DNA of 64,000 nucleotides from an uncultured Verrucomicrobiota bacterium (GTDB lineage: Bacteria > Verrucomicrobiota > Kiritimatiellia > JAAZAB01). The translations under genes and the position numbers were made by a program. Position 1 is the first letter of the stretch. Every line of letters starts with the position of its first letter. The stretch lies in the NCBI GenBank assembly GCA_964491945.1, contig CAZBHO010000008.1, forward strand, positions 471 to 64,470, given 5' to 3'. Below the pieces are notes generated by a model, which did no database searches, was not told the origin of the DNA, and saw nothing but the letters and a program-made list of their open reading frames with translations. Below are positions 58,385 through 64,000 of this stretch, piece by piece.

Positions 58385-59467
58385 TTATTTTTTCTCCTCC
58401 TGATGAAGATCTTTTTGCTCTTCTTCAAGAGATAAACCTAAGTTGAACTCCTTGCCTGAAGACAAGTCAGAAACAATAACAGAATTAGTTTTAATGTCAA
58501 CTATCTTATGAGGTTTCTTGTTCAATTGGATTGTATCGCCTATTTTGCATATAAAAGTTTCACCGTTCAGAGTAAACAGGAGATGCACATAAATTGGGCC
58601 TTGTGTTCCTGTTTCACCCCTGATTAGCTTATATTTTTCACCTTTATTTTCGAATACAATTTCAGACTTATCTTCTTTGACTTTAACTCCACCTCTTGCT
58701 ACTTGCTGGATTATATTGGTATAGTAAACAAGTTGATATTTTTCTTCTTTTCCATCTTCAGAACGCAGTGTTATGGAGTCATTCAGTTTAATATATAAAT
58801 CTTTTCCACTTAGAGTGTTTCGCAGACCGAACTTTTCGCCTTCAGCTGTCTTTATTATGCTATGAAACACGAGTGGTAAAGAAAGTCTTGCTATTTTCAA
58901 TACTTTTAAAGTGGAGGCATAAGGTGGATGTGAATTTGCGTCATTTGGTAAAGTTCCTTGCCTGTATTCTTCTATGTTGGAGAACAAATCTCCATCGCTA
59001 TCAGTTTTTGAATCATCAGAAAAAGGATTAAGTGCATGAGATTTTTCGTAGTCATCTGGGATAAGGTCATTATCTGAATCAGCTGGTGGTCTTGCTGCTT
59101 CTTCTGGTTGAGATGCTTTACAGTTAAAATAAGGACATTCCTTTGCTTCTGGTGGAATTGGTCTACCACAGGAGACGCAAGCGATACGTTCTTCTGCTGT
59201 AAACATTTTATTTGAGCGGATAGTTATCTGGAATGGAGCAGAAAGACTTTCTATAGCATTTTGGACTGGCTCTGTGTCAAAAGATTTTATAGCAGAAGAG
59301 ATAGGTGCTTGTTGCTGTTCATTGATCATAGATTGTAAACGGCTTTTCTCTTTATCCACCAGGATGATAAGCAACAAAACAGAAGCTAGGAGTCCTATTA
59401 AAACTAGAGCAAAAATCAGTTTTTCGTAAGATTTTTTAAGCAGCTCTAAAATTTCGTTTATTTGCAT
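58385..59467 (-). CDS. Hypothetical membrane-anchored protein with a zinc-ribbon and Asp-rich loops; occupies the PilP position
   Basis: 360 aa with an N-terminal TM, 'CVSCGRPIPPEAKECPYFNC' (C4 ribbon), 'DSDNDLIPDD' and 'DSDGDLFSNIEEY' (Ca-binding-like), and a beta-rich C-terminal domain. Confidence 0.45.
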   Translation of the reverse strand: MQINEILELLKKSYEKLIFALVLIGLLASVLLLIILVDKEKSRLQSMINEQQQAPISSAIKSFDTEPVQNAIESLSAPFQITIRSNKMFTAEERIACVSCGRPIPPEAKECPYFNCKASQPEEAARPPADSDNDLIPDDYEKSHALNPFSDDSKTDSDGDLFSNIEEYRQGTLPNDANSHPPYASTLKVLKIARLSLPLVFHSIIKTAEGEKFGLRNTLSGKDLYIKLNDSITLRSEDGKEEKYQLVYYTNIIQQVARGGVKVKEDKSEIVFENKGEKYKLIRGETGTQGPIYVHLLFTLNGETFICKIGDTIQLNKKPHKIVDIKTNSVIVSDLSSGKEFNLGLSLEEEQKDLHQEEKK

Positions 59468-59479
59468 ATTTCTTCAATG

Positions 59480-60469
59480 TTATTTTGTTTTTTGTACAGG
59501 CTTACCAGCCATCTTCATTATTTCTGCTTCTTCAAACGAAGGAGCGAAGGAATATACGTCAATTTCCAATTTGACTTCTAAATCTTCTCTGCCAATTATT
59601 ATGTTTCTTGCAAAATACATATTAGTGTTTGTCCCTGCACTGGTAGCATCGTTTTTCTGCATGGCAGGGGCATTTTGGATATTAAAATCCTTTCTTGCAT
59701 TTTGAACTTCTAGGGATTTCAATCTGATAAATGTGGGTGTTGATGCGAGGCTATTTAATATAGATAACAAAGATTTTTCAGAACATCTAAAGTTTACCTT
59801 GAATTGTTCATTGGTATAGAGAGAAGAGCCAGATGTATCCTGCCTTGTGGGTTGTTCGGCTGGTTGAGGAGCCTCGCTGCCACCGCGCCCTCTCCCGCGT
59901 TTTGGTACAGTTTCTACTCCGCTTTCAAACACTTCCCTATTAACTAGCAACAATTCTTTTATATTAGCATTAACCATCAACGTACAGATTTGCTCTATTA
60001 TAAACAATTGTTTCATAAGACGTGGCACTTCTTCTGGTGTGGGAAGTTGTCCGCTGGCGTATTTTTCAAAGCCAAAAGCGTATTTTTCTGGCAATTTTAT
60101 TCCTTTCCGTTCCATTGTCGTTCGCAGCATCGAAAGTTTGTGTTCCAATAGCCTCATAAATTCTGTGTTGCTTATTTGCTTGATGTGCACAGCTCCACTT
60201 TGCAACTCATCGTTGAGGTTATTAAATGTGTATGCCATCTTAATTATATTTGAAGATAATATAGCGAGGTTTTTTTCGTTGGGATAGGGTTGCCTTTTTA
60301 CAAGTTGATCATAAGTTTCCAGCATTTGTTTTAACTCGTTTTTCTGAACGAGATATTTTTTATATGAAGATATCAATCCTGTGGCTATAAGAACTGCCAA
60401 AACTAGTGCCACACTCAAAAATGCAGCAAGCATCTTATATTTTTTTATCTTTTCTATATCAAAGTTCAT
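59480..60469 (-). CDS. PilO-like bitopic inner-membrane pilus assembly protein (putative)
   Basis: 329 aa with an N-terminal TM (MLAAFLSVALVLAVLIATGLI) and a coiled coil. It sits between the pilM/N fusion and the PilP-like gene. Confidence 0.35.
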   Translation of the reverse strand: MNFDIEKIKKYKMLAAFLSVALVLAVLIATGLISSYKKYLVQKNELKQMLETYDQLVKRQPYPNEKNLAILSSNIIKMAYTFNNLNDELQSGAVHIKQISNTEFMRLLEHKLSMLRTTMERKGIKLPEKYAFGFEKYASGQLPTPEEVPRLMKQLFIIEQICTLMVNANIKELLLVNREVFESGVETVPKRGRGRGGSEAPQPAEQPTRQDTSGSSLYTNEQFKVNFRCSEKSLLSILNSLASTPTFIRLKSLEVQNARKDFNIQNAPAMQKNDATSAGTNTNMYFARNIIIGREDLEVKLEIDVYSFAPSFEEAEIMKMAGKPVQKTK

Positions 60470-60478
60470 TCCATTCCA

Positions 60479-62179
60479 TTAAATTGGATTTTTTAACGCA
60501 ATTTCTAATTTAAATTGACGTGCAAAATCATTAGCAGTTGGCATAGGCAAATGTACGATAGTTGTTTCTTCGGAGAATATGTTGGATTTAATTAGAGCAT
60601 CTCTAAAATCAGAAACAGATTTATCGTTTGCCTTATCAAGAAAGATCAAGCCTTCTATCATAATGTGTGTTGCTGCAGGTTCAAATAACACTTTGTTCGG
60701 ACGTTGCCCCGCATTGTTAGAAGAGGTATTTACTTTTTTGTGCGGGGTGAGAGAAACTATCCACATTCCATCAGGCAAAGCAGCATATATGGCATCTAGC
60801 ACTTGAAGCCAATCGGTACGTCTTTGCGTCAGAGCAATTAAAGTATCTATCTTTTTGTTTAATAACTCCTGTTGCATTTTCAGAGGTTGCATTTTTTCTT
60901 CAACCTGTCTCAATTCTGCCACAGATGTTTCAGCCTTTGCTTTGCGGTCAGCAAGCATTCCTGTCATTTTGGCAAAAAAGAACCACCAGCTTGCCAGTAA
61001 CAGCACAAAAAGAAACGCGGCTGCTATCAGGAGAGGCTGCTTTTTACGGAAAGCTCGTTCATCAGCCATTTTTTGAGGTAATAAATTTATCTCCAGCGGG
61101 CAAGGGAATGCATGGCGAAGGGCAACCCCGACAACAGCCCCCATAACGTGCGCACAAGCACCCACTTCTTCTTCGGATATCCTTTCACTTACAAGGATGT
61201 TTCTGAAAGGATTTAGATACTCAACATCGGTCTTAAATTTTTCTTTAAAGAACTCATCTGTTCTGGAAATAATAGAAGTTCCTCCTGCAAGTAGTATAAG
61301 AGAGGGGGCACTTCCACCCTGTTGGGTTTTATAGAAGTTGATTGAGCGTTCTATTTCAACGTGTAGGCGGGTCATTACTCCTCTAATGGTTTTTGAAACT
61401 TTTGAGAGCACCTTGTCTGAAAAATCTTCGTAAGAACCGCCAAAAGCCACTGTGCCATGCGCAAATTTAAGCTCTTCAGCATCTTTGAATGGCAGATTAA
61501 ACTCTTTCATAATCTGTTGTGTGATTACATTGCCGCTACCAACAATTGGGAGATTTCGGCTGAAAAATTGCCCTTTCTCTAAAAAGACTAAATTTGTTGA
61601 GCGTGCTCCAATATCTACCACCAGAATACAATCTTCTACTTCTCCATAATTATATCGTACAGCATTACTAATAGCCATCGGCGCAACATCAATAACCTCT
61701 ATGTCATCAAGCCCTGCTGCCACCACGCAGTCTGTCATATTCTCCACAATTTCTTTCTTCATTACCACCAGCATAACGTTCAGTTCCTGTTCTGATGAGC
61801 CCATAAGTTGGTAATCCCATACAACCTCTTCTATGGGAAACGGCACGTTCTGCTGTGCTTCAAAAAGAATGGTCTGACGGATTTTACTGCGCTTTACAGG
61901 CGGCAATTTTACCAAACGCAGGAAAGCGGATTGCCCACTAAGAGATACTAGCGCCGGTGCCTTTGATATAGCCTTTTTCTTTAGTGCACGTTGGATAGTA
62001 TCAACTATGTTTAAGGAAATATCTGTTTCTCCGCTGATATTTTCTATACCAAGTGGCTCAACGCAAAGATTTATTGCTTCCAGCCCCTCTTTTGTAAAAA
62101 TGAATTCTCCTAACTTAAGCTCGCTTGAGCCAATATCCAGTGATATTATTCTGTTTTGTTGGCCACCAAAAAACATCAC
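60479..62179 (-). CDS. pilM: PilM-PilN fusion (actin-like ATPase-fold PilM + TM/coiled-coil PilN)
   Basis: 566 aa. The N-terminal 'IISLDIGSSELKLGEF' matches the PilM actin-like fold. At about residue 380 there is a TM (LLIAAAFLFVLLLASWWFFF) followed by a coiled coil typical of PilN. Confidence 0.65.
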   Translation of the reverse strand: MMFFGGQQNRIISLDIGSSELKLGEFIFTKEGLEAINLCVEPLGIENISGETDISLNIVDTIQRALKKKAISKAPALVSLSGQSAFLRLVKLPPVKRSKIRQTILFEAQQNVPFPIEEVVWDYQLMGSSEQELNVMLVVMKKEIVENMTDCVVAAGLDDIEVIDVAPMAISNAVRYNYGEVEDCILVVDIGARSTNLVFLEKGQFFSRNLPIVGSGNVITQQIMKEFNLPFKDAEELKFAHGTVAFGGSYEDFSDKVLSKVSKTIRGVMTRLHVEIERSINFYKTQQGGSAPSLILLAGGTSIISRTDEFFKEKFKTDVEYLNPFRNILVSERISEEEVGACAHVMGAVVGVALRHAFPCPLEINLLPQKMADERAFRKKQPLLIAAAFLFVLLLASWWFFFAKMTGMLADRKAKAETSVAELRQVEEKMQPLKMQQELLNKKIDTLIALTQRRTDWLQVLDAIYAALPDGMWIVSLTPHKKVNTSSNNAGQRPNKVLFEPAATHIMIEGLIFLDKANDKSVSDFRDALIKSNIFSEETTIVHLPMPTANDFARQFKLEIALKNPI

Positions 62180-62188
62180 GCTGACTTT

Positions 62189-62818
62189 CTAGAAGGATTG
62201 TCCTTTGATGAGTTCATAATTATCATAGGCAATAAAAGCAAATGGCGTCTGTTGTTTGTTGAGCAATAAACCCTCTACGGTCCTGCCGCTAAACATTCGC
62301 CACCATGGCTGCTTATCGGCTGGCTCGGCTTCTAGAGCAACAAGTTCGCCTTTGTAATAAACTTCTACTGCCACTCGCTCAACTACGCCATACCGGAATA
62401 AAGTCTGAGGTCTGATATACATAACACTTTGATGCTGCTTGCCTTTCATTATGTCTATATGAGTTACAGTCCCTTTTAGTAAAGTATAAGCACCTGTTTT
62501 TGGATGTTTAAGAACAGCATAATATCTGAATTCAAGTTCATCTATTATTTCAGATTTCGTATCAAATTTTACAAGGATTCTGTGCCATTCGCGTGGCTGT
62601 GCCATAGTCTCGCTTTCTGTTGTGGTATATTCAGGAGTTTTAACTATTGCCGCAGGACCTATACCAATCAGCTTTTTAATAGAAATATCTTCTTTAATCT
62701 CTGCAGCTCCTGATGGTTGAGTGGCGTTTGGTGCTGGTGCTCTTGTTGCAGGGCGAGCCTGTGGGCTGGCAGAGTATGTAAACAAACATAATAAGATGAA
62801 GAAAGATATAATCCTCAT
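62189..62818 (-). CDS. Hypothetical secreted protein, first gene of the pilus-like operon
   Basis: 209 aa with a signal peptide (MRIISFFILLCLFTYSASPQA) and a Pro/Ala-rich linker. Confidence 0.4.
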   Translation of the reverse strand: MRIISFFILLCLFTYSASPQARPATRAPAPNATQPSGAAEIKEDISIKKLIGIGPAAIVKTPEYTTTESETMAQPREWHRILVKFDTKSEIIDELEFRYYAVLKHPKTGAYTLLKGTVTHIDIMKGKQHQSVMYIRPQTLFRYGVVERVAVEVYYKGELVALEAEPADKQPWWRMFSGRTVEGLLLNKQQTPFAFIAYDNYELIKGQSF

Positions 62819-62993
62819 AGCATAGTCCCTTTCCCTTTACAAAAATTGAACCGATAAATATAGAGGATTGTATTTTTTTTCTTTCTGAAGTCAAATTGAA
62901 AAGAAAAAATTTTTTTTAGTAAGAGCTTGCGTTTTTTGTTTTTGTGAATAAGTTATTTATCAAAACATACGAAGGTTTAGAGAATGGCAGATA

Positions 62994-64000
62994 ATAACAT
63001 AAGAGCACAATCGTTGGCGCTACTGCAAGACCAGCGGCAGGTACAGATTCTGGCGCCTCAATTGCGGCAGTCGCTTGAGCTTCTACAGATGCCTGTACTT
63101 GAATTGCAATCTATAATTCAGCACGAATTAGAGCATAATCCCACTCTTGAGCAGAAATCTAAAGACGTCATTTCTATTGATGAAGTTGATGATAGTGCTG
63201 CTGGAACCATTCAAGATGATGAGCTTTCTTTTAAAAACGAGTTTGAAATCCTCTCAAAAATGGATGAAGAAAGCTATAACTATTTTCTGCAAGGGACAGA
63301 ACTTGAGCCATTTGATTCTGAAACAGAAAAGAAAAGAGATTTTTTCCTTACATCCAATCAGATTCCAGAATCTCTCCAGCAACATCTCACTGATCAGCTT
63401 ATGCTGGTTAATCTTTCTGAACGTGAGCATAAAATTGGAGAACTAATCATAGGCTCAATAAACGAAGATGGCTATCTTACGCAAACAGTGGAAGAACTGG
63501 CAGCTTCAACAGGATGTGAGGTTTCTTTAATTCAAGATGTTCTTGCTATCATTCAGGATTTTGACCCGATAGGAGTGGGAGCTTCTGATTTGAAAGAATG
63601 TTTGCTTCTGCAGCTTAATAGGCTTGGGCATGGTGAAGGGGTTGCTGCCCAGATAGTAAAGAGCCATCTTGATGCGCTTGCAAAGAAACATTATGGGGAA
63701 ATTGCTCGCGCTCTTGGGGTTAATGAGGCAGAAGTTATAAGGGCAGCAAAAGTTATCAGCACTCTTGATCCTAAACCGGGTAGACGTTTCAGTGCTGAAG
63801 CCACGCAATATGTTGTGCCTGAAGTTATTGTTGAGAAAATGGAAAATGGTGAGTATAGAGTTGTGCTCTGTAATGATCTTTTGCCTGCTCTGCGCATAAG
63901 TAAGCAATATAAAAAAATGCTTTATGAGGAAAAAACCACTGAGGAAGTTAAGCAATATATCAAAGAGCGAATGCGGGCAAGTGTGTTTCTCATAAAAAGT
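62994..64000 (+). CDS. rpoN: RNA polymerase sigma-54 factor RpoN (N-terminal ~335 aa; runs past the window end)
   Basis: Hand translation from ATG 62994 gives MADNNIRAQSLALLQDQRQVQILAPQLRQSLELLQMPVLELQSIIQHELEHNPTLEQ... (the Gln/Leu-rich region I of sigma-54) and later ...DPKPGRRF... The supplied ORF list omits it because the ORF is open at the window end. Confidence 0.8.

Noticed and set aside
63147-63446. 99-aa plus-strand ORF from the track
   Set aside because: It is out of frame within the rpoN coding region. The rpoN frame gives a clean sigma-54 N-terminus.

Overview
Sequence-only read of a compact 64-kb region from a low-GC (about 40%), flagellated bacterium. Coding density is high and the gaps between genes are short. 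No rRNA, tRNA, CRISPR array, IS element or integrase was recognised, and no database search was possible.

Contents from start to end:
1. 155-4381: a 1408-aa secreted protein made of 13 tandem ~93-aa FN3-like modules plus C-terminal FG-GAP/VCBS-type 'DxDGDG' repeats.
2. 4392-11651: a chemotaxis cluster, HDOD / cheA (two Hpt domains) / cheW / cheD / HDOD / cheY-like / CheX-like / cheB. No MCP or CheR was found anywhere in the window.
3. 11679-15611: a DsbD-like thiol-disulfide membrane protein, a class-III aminotransferase and a Gfo/Idh/MocA oxidoreductase.
4. 15922-19551: a redox/metalloid-type operon, ArsP-like permease / mini-thioredoxin / DGC-domain protein / secreted thioredoxin / a frameshifted CcdA / ArsR. 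A perfect 12-bp palindrome lies in its promoter region.
5. 19675-24483: glycogen phosphorylase followed by a family-B DNA polymerase (Pol II-like).
6. 24717-31657: a regulatory block of a LysM coiled-coil protein, a REC-STAS response regulator, a TPR protein, a small hypothetical, and a PAS-HK / sigma-54 activator pair. It sits directly upstream of a sigma-54 promoter at 31661-31676.
7. 31690-46695: a flagellar locus in Firmicute/spirochete gene order, flgB-flgC-fliE-fliF-fliG-fliH-fliI-fliJ-(YlxF/MotE-like)-fliK-flgD-flgE, then a strong intrinsic terminator, then flbD-motA-motB-(second MotB-like)-fliL-fliM-fliN. It is cut off without fliPQR/flhBA.
8. 46706-54937: housekeeping genes on the minus strand (GHMP sugar kinase, clpP, tig, rho with an N-terminal low-complexity extension, coaE, a GT-C-like TPR membrane protein, a 5'-3' exonuclease).
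9. 54993-62818: an atypical type IV pilus-like pilM/N-pilO-(PilP-like zinc-ribbon protein)-pilQ operon. Its secretin has a ~300-aa charged low-complexity N-terminus plus TPR.
10. 62994-64000: the start of rpoN (sigma-54), divergent from the pilus operon. The supplied ORF track missed it because the ORF runs off the window end.

The best candidates for novelty are the unusual pilus/secretin module, the regulatory block in front of the flagellar operon, the giant FN3-repeat protein, and the uncharacterised ArsR/ArsP/thioredoxin/DGC/CcdA redox operon.
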